Source: Promethearchaeota archaeon
GTDB taxonomy: Archaea; Asgardarchaeota; Lokiarchaeia; Sigyniarchaeales; SOKP01
Assembly: GCA_008080735.1 (NCBI GenBank)
Contig: SHMW01000016.1
Coordinates: 1-64,000, forward strand
Length of the DNA: 64,000 bases
Direction: 5' to 3'
Shown here: one piece after another, positions 29,385 to 39,846 of the stretch
Numbering within the stretch: position 1 is the stretch's first letter
How the letters are laid out: each line of letters opens with the position of its first letter
Translations under genes and position numbers: made by a program
The notes under the pieces: model-generated
Told to the model about the DNA's origin: nothing
Databases searched by the model: none
What the model saw: the letters and a program-made list of their open reading frames with translations, nothing else

Positions 29385-30941
29385 ATGAAAATGGAACAAA
29401 ACGTAATACTAGTATTGGACATAGGCACCACAAATATAAAGGCTTTACTTTTTGATAAGCAAGGAGAAATAGTCGGAGAGGCAAGGCGTCGACCCGAATA
29501 TATTATGAACGAGAAAGGGCAAGTTGAGCAAGATCCAAATCAAATTTGGCAATATAGCAAGGAAGCCATTGAAGAAGTTATTGAAAAAAAGAACTTGAAT
29601 GCATCTGATATTCAATGTATGGGTATCACTACGCAGAGAGCTTCTTTTTGTATGTGGGATAAACGCGATGGAAGATTATACTCAAATATTATCACATGGC
29701 AAGATAAACGCGCTGCAGAATATGCGGAAAAAATGACAAATAGTTTCTTTTTTAGATTTTTACGCGGATTTGCCAAGGTTGCGCATGCCTTGACGAAAAG
29801 TACAAAAATGCTTACGGCTTCGATGCTCCAATTTAACTCGGATTATGCTTCTATTCGCACATCTTATTTTCTCAAACATAACCCAAAAGTAAATGAACTC
29901 ATCCAAGACCCAAAGACTACAATTGCTTGGGGTACTATAGATACGTGGGTTTTATGGAATTTGACAAGTGGGAGAGTACACGCCACTGACTATTCAAATT
30001 GTTCTTCGACCGGAATGTTGGATCCTTTTACTTTAGATTGGAATTCTATCGTAGTTGATAAATTAGAAATTCCCGTACACATACTTCCTGAAATAAAGGA
30101 TACGAATGGAGATTTTGGGGTTACGAAACTTTTTGGGAACGGAGACATTCCTATTCGTAGTGTTATCGCAGATCAACAAGCCTCTCTATTTGGACAATGT
30201 TGTTTTGATTATGGTGATATGAAAGTAACGAATGGAACGGGTTCCTTTGTAGATTTAAATACCGGAGATGAGCCATTCGCGTCAAAAAGGAAGCTATATC
30301 CCTTAGTTGCATGGAGGCTTGATGGGGAAGTTAGATACATTCTTGAAGGCTTGTCTCACAATACAGGGAATATAATTGATTGGATACAGGAGGAACTTGA
30401 GCTTTATGACGATCCGGCTAAAACGGAGGAAATGGCTAAGAGTGTCGAATCAACTGGCGGAGTTTTCTTTTTACCAACATTTTCGAGTGGAATCTCCTTT
30501 CCATACTGGGATCCTACCGCAAGGGGTAATATTTTTGGTATAAGTATGCAAACAAAAAAAGAACATATCGTGCGAGCCGTTCTTAACGGAATTTGCTTTC
30601 GAATAAAAGACTTCGTTGAAGGGATTATTGCTGATACGGGAATCCATGTAGATATAATAAAAGCGGATGGCGGTGTTTCTCAAAATACCTATATACTTCA
30701 GTTCCTTGCGGATATTCTAGGAATGGAAGTCGAACATTCGCAAAATCCAGAGACCACTGCATTAGGTGCTGCCTTCATTGCAGGTTTAAAAACCGGATTC
30801 TGGGACTCTAGAGATCAGTTAAAAGAGATCAGAAAAGTTGATAAAATATACAAACCGAAAATGAGTAAAGAGCGCCGAAATAAATTATATAACGCGTGGA
30901 AGGATATTATTCGGAGATCGCTTAATTATAACAATTTTTAA
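29385..30941 (+). CDS. Glycerol kinase / FGGY-family kinase
   Basis: LDIGTT, VEQDP, GITTQR, TWQD.R, TDYSN.S.TG, DQQA, GTG, ADGG, ETTALGAA; start 29385 or 29391. Confidence 0.88.
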   Translation: MKMEQNVILVLDIGTTNIKALLFDKQGEIVGEARRRPEYIMNEKGQVEQDPNQIWQYSKEAIEEVIEKKNLNASDIQCMGITTQRASFCMWDKRDGRLYSNIITWQDKRAAEYAEKMTNSFFFRFLRGFAKVAHALTKSTKMLTASMLQFNSDYASIRTSYFLKHNPKVNELIQDPKTTIAWGTIDTWVLWNLTSGRVHATDYSNCSSTGMLDPFTLDWNSIVVDKLEIPVHILPEIKDTNGDFGVTKLFGNGDIPIRSVIADQQASLFGQCCFDYGDMKVTNGTGSFVDLNTGDEPFASKRKLYPLVAWRLDGEVRYILEGLSHNTGNIIDWIQEELELYDDPAKTEEMAKSVESTGGVFFLPTFSSGISFPYWDPTARGNIFGISMQTKKEHIVRAVLNGICFRIKDFVEGIIADTGIHVDIIKADGGVSQNTYILQFLADILGMEVEHSQNPETTALGAAFIAGLKTGFWDSRDQLKEIRKVDKIYKPKMSKERRNKLYNAWKDIIRRSLNYNNF

Positions 30942-31127
30942 CTTATATTTATTCATTCTTTTTTAATTTTTTCTAAAATGATCGAACTCTTTCTGCTAGA
31001 GTGTAATAGTGTTTTGACATAATATCCATCCGAATATATTTAAGGGTAATTGGAAAAAAGAAAAATATTTTTGTTATCTAATATTGCAAAAAATATAAGA
31101 TAATTCACGTGTCGCACTCTAAAAACA

Positions 31128-31961
31128 ATGCCTTATTTCCAAAACGAAGAGGGTTATAAGTTATATTATGAGGAATTTAACCCTCATTCGAGACATTGCA
31201 CGGTGATATTACTCCATGGATTTGCATCTTCTGTTTCTTTCTTCAAAGAACAAATAAAAGTGTTAAAAGGATATTATCGTGTTATTTGTTTCGATGCATT
31301 AGGGCACGGACGTAGCGACCATCCAAAAGAATTAAATCTCTCAGAAAATATTCGAGATCAAATTATTCGAGATCTCGAAGATTTGTTGGATCATCTCGGT
31401 ATTAAAGGGCCCTACGGAATAATAGGACATTCCTTAGTCGGAGGAATGATAGCGCAACTCATATGTAAGAAGCATTTGGAGGATGTGAAATTTCTTATCT
31501 TGCTCAATTCGGGATACATTAATACGGATAATGTGATTCGAAATATCTTCTATAATCTTTTGCCATATATGGTGCGGATGAATTTTTTAGATGTTCTTAA
31601 TAATTCTATTGGTAATATCTTAGATAAGACTACTCCATATATAGTACAAGCATTATCAAATTCTCTCTATAACGTGAAGATGTCAAGAGAAAAGCTATTA
31701 ATGCATATAGAAGAGCAAATCTTTGGAATGATAAATGAGATAAAAGATTATGATCCTTCATATATCAAATGTCCTACATTGATAATTGGCGGCCGACTTG
31801 ATAATTTCGCGCCAGAACAGATGTCAGAGAGTTTAGCAAAGATGATCCCGAATTCTCGATTAGAAATAATCGACATGGCAGGTCATTTTGGTCCAGCTCA
31901 ACGAAAGGAAACCTACAACGAGATTATTTGTGATTTTATTCGATCCATAAGAGAAAATTAA
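31128..31961 (+). CDS. Alpha/beta hydrolase
   Basis: LLHG, D..GHGRS, GHSLVGG elbow, PTLII.G..D, AGH. Confidence 0.85.
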   Translation: MPYFQNEEGYKLYYEEFNPHSRHCTVILLHGFASSVSFFKEQIKVLKGYYRVICFDALGHGRSDHPKELNLSENIRDQIIRDLEDLLDHLGIKGPYGIIGHSLVGGMIAQLICKKHLEDVKFLILLNSGYINTDNVIRNIFYNLLPYMVRMNFLDVLNNSIGNILDKTTPYIVQALSNSLYNVKMSREKLLMHIEEQIFGMINEIKDYDPSYIKCPTLIIGGRLDNFAPEQMSESLAKMIPNSRLEIIDMAGHFGPAQRKETYNEIICDFIRSIREN

Positions 31962-31995
31962 ATTTATTTTGGATTGTATTGTTTTATAGATCATT

Positions 31996-32370
31996 ATGGA
32001 TCCAGACACTAAGATCAATGATTCTAATACTCAAATTTCCTTTTTTAAAACAGCAGTGAAAAGATTTGTTGAAAAAAGAGGTTGGAAAAAATATCATACC
32101 CCAAAAAATCTGATTCAAGCAATGGAAATTGAATTAGCAGAACTCTCAGAACTCTTTCTTTTTGTTGATTATGCTAGAAAAGATATCTTGAATGATAAGG
32201 AATTATATAATAATATAAAAGCGGAAGTGGCGGACATATTCATATATCTAATAAGTTTCATTAATGTTTTAAATATTGATCTATCTGAATCATTCGTGGA
32301 AAAGATGAAAAAAAACCGAAAGAAATATGATATAAAGGAATTTAATGATGGGCGATATTATAAAAAGTAG
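31996..32370 (+). CDS. MazG-like nucleotide pyrophosphohydrolase (dCTP pyrophosphatase type)
   Basis: RGW..YHTPKNL, E.AEL.E, EVAD, KM.KN..KY. Confidence 0.85.
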   Translation: MDPDTKINDSNTQISFFKTAVKRFVEKRGWKKYHTPKNLIQAMEIELAELSELFLFVDYARKDILNDKELYNNIKAEVADIFIYLISFINVLNIDLSESFVEKMKKNRKKYDIKEFNDGRYYKK

Positions 32371-32467
32371 GGAACTTACTAACCACAATCCTCTACATAT
32401 TAAATAATTATTCAGTTAATACTCCATTATTAATAGATTTTTAATTCTTACTGCAATTATTCTAAAT

Positions 32468-33445
32468 ATGGTTGTGGAAAATATTGAAGATTTGATTAAA
32501 AAACAGTTTGAGTTTACCCTAAATAAAACAGAGATACCCGAATTAGGGAAATTATACCGAGGGAAAGTTCGAGATAATTATATTTCAGATGATAAGCGAA
32601 TTATAATCGCCTCTGATCGGCTTTCAGCCTTTGATCGCGTCATCACTACAATTCCTTTCAAGGGACAGATGTTAAACCAAGTATCTTCATTTTGGTTCGA
32701 AAAGACAAAAGACATTATAAAAAATCACCTCATCGAAGTTCCCGACCCAAATGTGTCTGTCGTTCACCAATGTGAAACCATCCCAGTTGAAATAATCGTA
32801 AGGGCATATTTAACGGGAACTGCATGGAGAAACTACCAAAAAGGGAAGCCCACATCGGGTATTATGCCTCCAAAAGGAATGAAAAAAAATGAAAAGTTAG
32901 AGGAAATTCTAGTAACCCCCTCTACCAAAGCTGAATCTGGTCATGATATTTACTTACCTGCAGACGAGATTATTGAAAAAGGTATGGTTGAAAGAGAAAT
33001 TTATGACCAAATGGAAGAAGCTGCGATTAAACTATTCAAATTTGGACAAGAATACTGTAAAAAGAATGGATTGATCCTAGTAGACACTAAATATGAATTC
33101 GGTATAAAAGACGGGGATTTAATGGTCATAGATGAAATTCATACCCAAGACTCCTCACGATTTTGGATTGAAAATACATTTGAACAAAGATTTCAAAAAG
33201 ATGAAGAACCCGATATTTTAGATAAAGAGATATTTCGAGGTTGGTTAATGGACACCTATCCGGATATTTTCCCAAATATTAGGCCCGAACAAGAGATCCC
33301 CCCGATCTCAGATGATATCAAAATTGAACTAGCAAAACGGTATATGAGAAGTTATGAGCGAATTACAGGGCAAGAATTTTCTCCAGACGTAGGAAATGTT
33401 GAAAAGAGAATAAAAACAAATCTCAGAAAACGGGACTATCTTTAA
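32468..33445 (+). CDS. purC: SAICAR synthetase
   Basis: RGKVRD, DRLSAFD, TPSTKA, LVDTKYEFG, DEIHT.DSSRFW, DKE..R. Confidence 0.95.
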   Translation: MVVENIEDLIKKQFEFTLNKTEIPELGKLYRGKVRDNYISDDKRIIIASDRLSAFDRVITTIPFKGQMLNQVSSFWFEKTKDIIKNHLIEVPDPNVSVVHQCETIPVEIIVRAYLTGTAWRNYQKGKPTSGIMPPKGMKKNEKLEEILVTPSTKAESGHDIYLPADEIIEKGMVEREIYDQMEEAAIKLFKFGQEYCKKNGLILVDTKYEFGIKDGDLMVIDEIHTQDSSRFWIENTFEQRFQKDEEPDILDKEIFRGWLMDTYPDIFPNIRPEQEIPPISDDIKIELAKRYMRSYERITGQEFSPDVGNVEKRIKTNLRKRDYL

Positions 33446-33495
33446 TCAGCGAAAAACAAAAATTATATTAATTATCAAAATTGTACTTTTTAATA

Positions 33496-33708
33496 ATGAT
33501 AATTGAAACTATTCTACTAACAATCGCAATTCTTTCGACAACTGTGGGATTTTTCTATTTAATAATTAATTTTCGAAAAATCAGTGCGCAAAAAGTTGAA
33601 GAGACGGAAGAAGATGAATTACCTCATGATATTTCACGAGCGTTTGGATTTGTGCTTCTTGCATTTCTATTTCTTACATTATTAAGTATTTTTATCGCCC
33701 TCAGATAA
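33496..33708 (+). CDS. Small two-TM membrane protein
   Basis: Two hydrophobic helices separated by a charged loop. Confidence 0.55.
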   Translation: MIIETILLTIAILSTTVGFFYLIINFRKISAQKVEETEEDELPHDISRAFGFVLLAFLFLTLLSIFIALR

Positions 33709-33864
33709 ATCTATACCAATTTTATACTCAAAAATGGTATTCTTTTTAAGTATTATGGTTTTCAAGAATTAAGCAAACTCAATTTCGGCGGTATTTATCC
33801 GTAAGAATTATTTTTAAGTTAATAGGAATTATTTTAAATATAAACGCCTTTTTTTTCATAAAAA

Positions 33865-34146
33865 ATGGGATTAGAAGAATTAAAAGATTTTGTAGTAGAA
33901 GTGGTACTGACTAACAAGGAAAAAGCCAGAGACCCTACGGGTGAAAGTATTCAGCGCGATTTACTGGCTAAGAAGGGATACTCAATGATATCGAACGTAA
34001 GAAGCGGACAATATTTAAAAATATCACTAGAGGCAGAGAATTCCAAAAAAGCAGAGGAAATCATAACCGATATGTGCAACGAACTAAGAATTTTCAATCC
34101 AGTAACTCAGGATCTTCACATCTTAAATGTAACTGAACATAGTTAA
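33865..34146 (+). CDS. purS: FGAM synthase subunit PurS
   Basis: DP.G..I, VRSG, MC..L.IFNPV; upstream of purQL. Confidence 0.92.
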   Translation: MGLEELKDFVVEVVLTNKEKARDPTGESIQRDLLAKKGYSMISNVRSGQYLKISLEAENSKKAEEIITDMCNELRIFNPVTQDLHILNVTEHS

Positions 34147-34152
34147 ACTAAA

Positions 34153-34863
34153 ATGAGTATTAAAGTAGCTGTCATTCAATTTCCAGGATCTAATTGCGAT
34201 TTAGATACACTTCATGTTTTAAATGAAGTTATGAATATAGAAGCGGAGCTCATATGGCATAATGAATTTGTGGGCTCTAAATTTGACGCCGCCATCCTTC
34301 CGGGTGGATTTTCATTTGGAGATTATTTGCGTTCAGGAATAATAGCCGCCCATAGCCCTGCGATTGAAGAGGCTAAAAAGATGCTTAAGGATGACAAACC
34401 GATCCTCGGCATTTGTAATGGTTTTCAAATACTCACGGAAGCTCAATTGCTCCCAGGAGCCCTACTAAAAAATGACTCGCTGAAATTCATCTGTAAATGG
34501 GTACATATTCGAGTGGAAAACACTCACACTGCCTTTACAAATCAAATGAAGGAAGGGCAAGTCTTAGATATCCCAGTTGCTCACGGGGAGGGACGATATT
34601 TTACAGATAAGCTTACTGAACTTAAAGAAAATAAACAAATTATTTTTCGATATTCAGATCCTCAGGGAAGTGTGGGAGATGCTTCAAATCCAAATGGTTC
34701 ATTGGATAATATAGCTGGAGTATGCGATCTAGAAAGAAAATGTCTTGGACTAATGCCTCATCCAGAACGTGCTTCAGAAATGATCCTTAGTCCAAATAAA
34801 ACCACCCATGGCATAAAATTTTTTCAATCTATGATACATTTCATTACGTCGGGGGAGATTTAG
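34153..34863 (+). CDS. purQ: FGAM synthase glutaminase subunit PurQ
   Basis: FPGSNCD, PGGFSFGDYLR, GICNGFQ, AHGEG, NPNGS, MPHPER. Confidence 0.97.
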   Translation: MSIKVAVIQFPGSNCDLDTLHVLNEVMNIEAELIWHNEFVGSKFDAAILPGGFSFGDYLRSGIIAAHSPAIEEAKKMLKDDKPILGICNGFQILTEAQLLPGALLKNDSLKFICKWVHIRVENTHTAFTNQMKEGQVLDIPVAHGEGRYFTDKLTELKENKQIIFRYSDPQGSVGDASNPNGSLDNIAGVCDLERKCLGLMPHPERASEMILSPNKTTHGIKFFQSMIHFITSGEI

Positions 34864-37110
34864 ATGACAAAGGTTAAAGTGGGAAAGGATGAATTGGAAG
34901 TGGATTTAACTGAAGACGAGATTAAATATATTAATGCGAATTTAGAGCATCAGCCTTCTATCACGGAATTAGGAATGTTTGATGTAATGTGGTCTGAACA
35001 TTGCTCCTATAAATCTTCACGACCAAAATTAAAACTTTTTGAAGATGCTGAAAAAAAATATGATTATGTGTTAGCTGGACCTGGACAAGATGCGGGGGTT
35101 ATAGATATCGGAGATGGATATTGTTTAGCATTTAGAATCGAATCACATAATCACCCGTCTGCAATAGAACCCTACCATGGAGCGGCAACGGGTATCGGAG
35201 GAATTATCAGAGACATCTTATGTATGGGCGTTCGACCTATTGCATTATTAGATCCATTACGATTTGGTCCCCTCAAAGATGACCCTCATTCGCAGTGGTT
35301 GTTTAAATATGTGGTAAAAGGGATTGCGGATTATGGAAATTGTACAGGTATTCCCACAATTGGGGGAGAAGTCGAGTTTGATAAAAGCTTCAGAAATAAT
35401 TGTCTAGTTAATGTTGCGTGTATCGGATTAGGTACTATAGAGGATTTTGAACATGCTCCAAGTAGGGCATATAATCCTGGAGATTATATCGTGCTTATGG
35501 GAGGATCAACGGGAAGAGATGGTATCCATGGAGTCACCTTCGCATCTCGGACATTAACCGAACAATCCGAAGAAGATCGCCCAGCAGTACAGATTGGTGA
35601 CCCCTTCACCAAGAAATTAATCATCGAAGCCACATTAGAAGCAATTGATACGGGCTATGTAAGAGGCTTAAAAGATCTTGGCGGAGGAGGATTATCTTGT
35701 GCCTTAAGCGAACTGACAGGAGATGGAGGAACAGGAGCGAAAGTGGATATGAAAAAAATATTTACCAGAGAACCAGGTATGAATTCATTTGAAATTATGC
35801 TTTCCGAATCACAAGAGAGAATGGCATTTATCGTGAAACCAGACGGTCTTGATGAGATTTTGAGAATTTTTAGAAAATATGAAATGGCACATGCCGTCAT
35901 TGGAAGGACAGATGATTCGAAAGTGCTTAAAGTTTATGATGATGAGAATTTAGTGGTAAGTCTCCCAGCAACTGCGCTATCAGAATCTCCTATGAAAGAA
36001 CGTGAGGAAAAGCGACCTGAATACTTGGATGGTCTTATTACTCAACAAACACCACAAACCAATCTTTCTCATAAAGAAATTCTTTACAAACTCATAGCCT
36101 CAGAAAATATTTGTAATAAAGAATGGATTTATCGACAATATGACCATGAAGTTGGGATTCGCTCGGTTGTAAAATGTGGTCGCGGTGATTCGGGAGTGTT
36201 AAGAATTATGGATGAAGATAAATTCATCGCGACCAGTGTTGGATCAAATTCTAAGCATTGTTATCTCGACCCATATAATGGGGCAAAAGGAAATCTAGTG
36301 GAGGTCTGTGGGAATATTATCTCGAATGGTGCGAAACCCATGGCAATGGTTAATTGCTGTAATTTTGGCAATCCTGAAAAGCCCGAATCCTATTGGTATT
36401 TCTCCAAGTCGGTAGAAGGGATGGCAGATTTCTGCAAGGCACTTAGGATTCCCGTTGTTGGAGGAAATGTCTCGTTTTATAATGAAGATGAAGTGACCAA
36501 AACCGCAATTAAACCCACCCCTCAAATCATGATCGTTGGATTGATTGAAGGCGAAGAAAACATCATAACAATGCCCTTTAAGGAACCTGGAAATGCGATT
36601 GTATTAATTGGAGAAACAAAAGCAGAACTTGGGGGCTCTGAATACCATTCTGTTATACATAATATAGAAGGGGGAAATCCGCCGAAGGTTGATGAGGAGC
36701 GAGTAAAAAGTACATGGGAGCTATTAGAGACACTCTATAAAAAAAAGATGGTCAAAGCTAATCACGACATTAATAAAGGTGGATTTATAATTACCATTGC
36801 TGAAATGTGTTTTGAAACACAATATGGTGCTGCATTAGATCTGGATATCTTAACCAAAGAAAATTTGAATGAATTCGAATTATTATATAGTGAGAGTGTA
36901 GGAAGATTCATCATCGAAGTAGATCCGAAAAATTTGGAAGAAATACAATCTTTAGCTAATAAGTTAGAGGTTCCAATTTATCGCTTAGGACACATCACCT
37001 CAGAACCGAAAATAAAAATCGCGGGTTTCTCTTCCGGAGAGATAATACTCAACATTAAAGAAATAAAAGAAAAATATGATTCGACTATCCCAAATTTAAT
37101 GGAAATTTAA
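34864..37110 (+). CDS. purL: FGAM synthase subunit PurL
   Basis: WSEHCSYKSS, ESHNHPS, GGIIRDI, GRDGIHG, SESQERM, QYDHEVG, GGNVSFYN. Confidence 0.97.
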   Translation: MTKVKVGKDELEVDLTEDEIKYINANLEHQPSITELGMFDVMWSEHCSYKSSRPKLKLFEDAEKKYDYVLAGPGQDAGVIDIGDGYCLAFRIESHNHPSAIEPYHGAATGIGGIIRDILCMGVRPIALLDPLRFGPLKDDPHSQWLFKYVVKGIADYGNCTGIPTIGGEVEFDKSFRNNCLVNVACIGLGTIEDFEHAPSRAYNPGDYIVLMGGSTGRDGIHGVTFASRTLTEQSEEDRPAVQIGDPFTKKLIIEATLEAIDTGYVRGLKDLGGGGLSCALSELTGDGGTGAKVDMKKIFTREPGMNSFEIMLSESQERMAFIVKPDGLDEILRIFRKYEMAHAVIGRTDDSKVLKVYDDENLVVSLPATALSESPMKEREEKRPEYLDGLITQQTPQTNLSHKEILYKLIASENICNKEWIYRQYDHEVGIRSVVKCGRGDSGVLRIMDEDKFIATSVGSNSKHCYLDPYNGAKGNLVEVCGNIISNGAKPMAMVNCCNFGNPEKPESYWYFSKSVEGMADFCKALRIPVVGGNVSFYNEDEVTKTAIKPTPQIMIVGLIEGEENIITMPFKEPGNAIVLIGETKAELGGSEYHSVIHNIEGGNPPKVDEERVKSTWELLETLYKKKMVKANHDINKGGFIITIAEMCFETQYGAALDLDILTKENLNEFELLYSESVGRFIIEVDPKNLEEIQSLANKLEVPIYRLGHITSEPKIKIAGFSSGEIILNIKEIKEKYDSTIPNLMEI

Positions 37111-37131
37111 TATTAAACCAAATTGTTTAAT

Positions 37132-38562
37132 ATGTCGAATAAAAACAAAGGAATAAACGAACATTGTGGTATTTTTGCCATAAGTTGCAATGATTTTAGT
37201 TATTCTGTTCCAAGTTTAATATATAGCGGACTTATGGCACTCCAACATCGAGGCCAAATTTTTGCGGGACTTTCCGTGAGCAATTGCTCGGGAACTCTTA
37301 CTACTTATAAAGATAGAGGTATGGTCTCAAAAGTTCTCACTCCATCCGTACTTAAAAATATTTATGGCAACGTCGGAATTGGACATGTCTGCTATGGTGA
37401 AGGAGATTTTTTAAAGATCGAAGAAGCTCAACCGTATCATTATCAATCTGATGAATTAGAATTTTCTATCTCGATGAATGGTAAGCTGACAAATTATATA
37501 CAAATAAAAAGGCAATTAGAAAATATGGGACGTATTATCACCGGAAATACGGATATTGAACTGGTCTCAATGCTCATTTCCTCCTTGTTCACCCTCAATG
37601 GAAACTTCTTAGATACATTAAAAAAGGCCTTTTCAATTATAGAAGGTGGATATTGCGTATCCATCTTGACTAAACCAGGCGATTTATACATTCTCAGAGA
37701 TAGTTGTGGGATTAAACCTCTTTGTTATGGGAAAACTTCGAGAAAAGGGAAAATATTTCAGATTTTTGCATCAGAAAGTAGTGCTTTAGATGTGATAGGG
37801 GCCGAATTGGTAAGAGATGTGAGACCAGGGGAAATAATTAAGATAGACCCTGTAGATGGCATGATATCTGATAAGTTTACTGACTCTAAGCATGGTTCGC
37901 TATGTGTGTTTGAGTACATTTATTTTGCTCGCCCTGATTCTATTATAGAGAAAAAATCTGTATTTGATATAAGATATAATCTCGGTAGAGAATTAGCCAA
38001 GAAAGATGCTATCAATTTTAAGGATGCCATAGTGGTGCCAGTTCCCGATTCAGGGAGGAGCGCTGCGATGGGATATGCGTGGGAGTCAGGATCACCTTAT
38101 CAAGAAGGATTGATTAAGAATCGATACGTATGGCAATTGAAAGTTGAAGATATTAAAGAAAAATTAAATCCCATTACCCCCATTGTGAAAGGTAAAAACG
38201 TGATCCTCGTAGATGACTCCATTATTTCCGGACAAACAATGAAAAGGATCATAAAAATGCTCAAGAATGCTGGAGCAAATCAAATTCACGTGAGAGTTAG
38301 CGCCCCGGTCATTACTGAGAGTTGTCAATTCAACCAGAATTTTTCCAATAAGGATTTATTGATTGGTTATAAATCAATAGCGGAAGATCAGAAAGAGGTT
38401 ATCGAAAATATCCGAGACCACATCAACGCAGATTCATTACAATTTCTCACCGTAAAAGAACTGGTGAAGGTTATTGATATAAAGGAAACTAGCTTATGTC
38501 TTAGATGTTTTCAGTCAATAATTAAGGACCATAAAGAGAGACTTGTACCTACACTTCACTAA
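37132..38562 (+). CDS. purF: Amidophosphoribosyltransferase-like protein (divergent PurF)
   Basis: EHCGIF, LQHRGQ, CVFEYIYFARPDS, VPVPDSG, KNRY, VDDSI; several canonical motifs are altered (see findings). Confidence 0.8.
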   Translation: MSNKNKGINEHCGIFAISCNDFSYSVPSLIYSGLMALQHRGQIFAGLSVSNCSGTLTTYKDRGMVSKVLTPSVLKNIYGNVGIGHVCYGEGDFLKIEEAQPYHYQSDELEFSISMNGKLTNYIQIKRQLENMGRIITGNTDIELVSMLISSLFTLNGNFLDTLKKAFSIIEGGYCVSILTKPGDLYILRDSCGIKPLCYGKTSRKGKIFQIFASESSALDVIGAELVRDVRPGEIIKIDPVDGMISDKFTDSKHGSLCVFEYIYFARPDSIIEKKSVFDIRYNLGRELAKKDAINFKDAIVVPVPDSGRSAAMGYAWESGSPYQEGLIKNRYVWQLKVEDIKEKLNPITPIVKGKNVILVDDSIISGQTMKRIIKMLKNAGANQIHVRVSAPVITESCQFNQNFSNKDLLIGYKSIAEDQKEVIENIRDHINADSLQFLTVKELVKVIDIKETSLCLRCFQSIIKDHKERLVPTLH

Positions 38563-38685
38563 TAAGAAGGATATAAACAATTTATAGGAATTAAAGTTAA
38601 ATATTGAGCAATATTTCATAATGTAGGATTTTGGATATTAATTAATATTAATTGAGAAAAAATAAAAACAGAGGAAATTAGGACA

Positions 38686-38901
38686 TTGCGCGCCCGAGCA
38701 TGTATTAAATGTAGAGAATATGTATTGATTCGCCCAGATGACCCAGGAAATATGACATTAATTAGCAAATTTGAAAAAAATCATCGCGGTCACACCCTTA
38801 TTACATTAAATTTCGAAGAAATAAAAGGAACCTACAAAAAATTCCTCACCGAAGAGGAAAAGAAAGCTTCAGAAGAGAAAGGGGAAAAAGAGGAATCATA
38901 A
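38686..38901 (+). CDS. Small putative zinc-binding protein
   Basis: CxxC...HxxH (CIKC, HRGH), charged tail, GAGGA SD before TTG. Confidence 0.65.
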   Translation: MRARACIKCREYVLIRPDDPGNMTLISKFEKNHRGHTLITLNFEEIKGTYKKFLTEEEKKASEEKGEKEES

Positions 38902-38941
38902 TTTAAATTTTGTATATCATCGTTCATTCTTTTATATTTTT

Positions 38942-39202
38942 ATGCTCTATCATTCTTGTATTCTCTTTTTTGAATTCTCCATTATTGATACTGGAATAGG
39001 GATTCCTCAGGAAGATTTTGAATTGGTTTTTCAAGAATTTGAACGGACAAATAATCCCTTGGTAAAGGAAAGGGAGGGTACAGGATTAGGACTGCCCTTA
39101 ACCAAGCGGCTGGCTAAGTTATATGGAGGAGAAATCTGGTTCGAGAGTAAACTCGGAGAAGGAACGACTTTTTGTTTTATAATTCCAAAAAAAAAAATTT
39201 GA
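38942..39202 (+). pseudogene. Remnant of a sensor histidine kinase (C-terminal HATPase_c half only)
   Basis: DTGIGI (G1), F box, GTGLGL (G2), G.GTTF; no N box, HisKA or sensor domain. Confidence 0.8.
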
Positions 39203-39372
39203 GGATTAGAGAGGATTCATTAGATTTTTATTTGATATTCTTTATTTTCACCCAGTTTATGGTTTTGGTTGATAAAAGAATAATAAATATCCTTTAATAT
39301 CATCGAATAAATCTCAGATCAGCAGATTATAAACAGAATTGATTATTAACTAAAAAGTAAAATTGATGAGTT

Positions 39373-39846
39373 ATGGTTTACATAGAAAACTATAATAAAT
39401 ATATATGGCTTTTACCATTTATCGGTGGTATTCTAGGTGTGATCGCTGCCGTTACCCCAGCGGCCCAATTAATCGAACCCGGTGATAACATAATATTTTG
39501 GTATTTTCCCTTAAATATTGATATCGAGGATTCTATAATATTTATTAATGACAGCTTTATAGCACTTTTAGGTGGAATTTTAGAATTATTGGTAATTACA
39601 TTATTTTCGACTATATTACTCACGACATCCCTACTTGTCTGGAAGAGGAAATGGAAAATCAAAAAAATTAAACTACTCTGGTTCATTTCTGCATTATTCC
39701 TAATTTTAGCACCTACGTTATTTTGGATAATCGGATCCATCACGCAAGATTTCTGGTCAAATGTGTTTCCTAGCATCGGAATGATAGTTCCATATATAGG
39801 AGCCGTATTGACCATCTTAGCCATATTCTTACAAGAGAATTATTAG
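39373..39846 (+). CDS. Hypothetical four-TM membrane protein
   Basis: Four hydrophobic segments. Confidence 0.65.
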   Translation: MVYIENYNKYIWLLPFIGGILGVIAAVTPAAQLIEPGDNIIFWYFPLNIDIEDSIIFINDSFIALLGGILELLVITLFSTILLTTSLLVWKRKWKIKKIKLLWFISALFLILAPTLFWIIGSITQDFWSNVFPSIGMIVPYIGAVLTILAIFLQENY

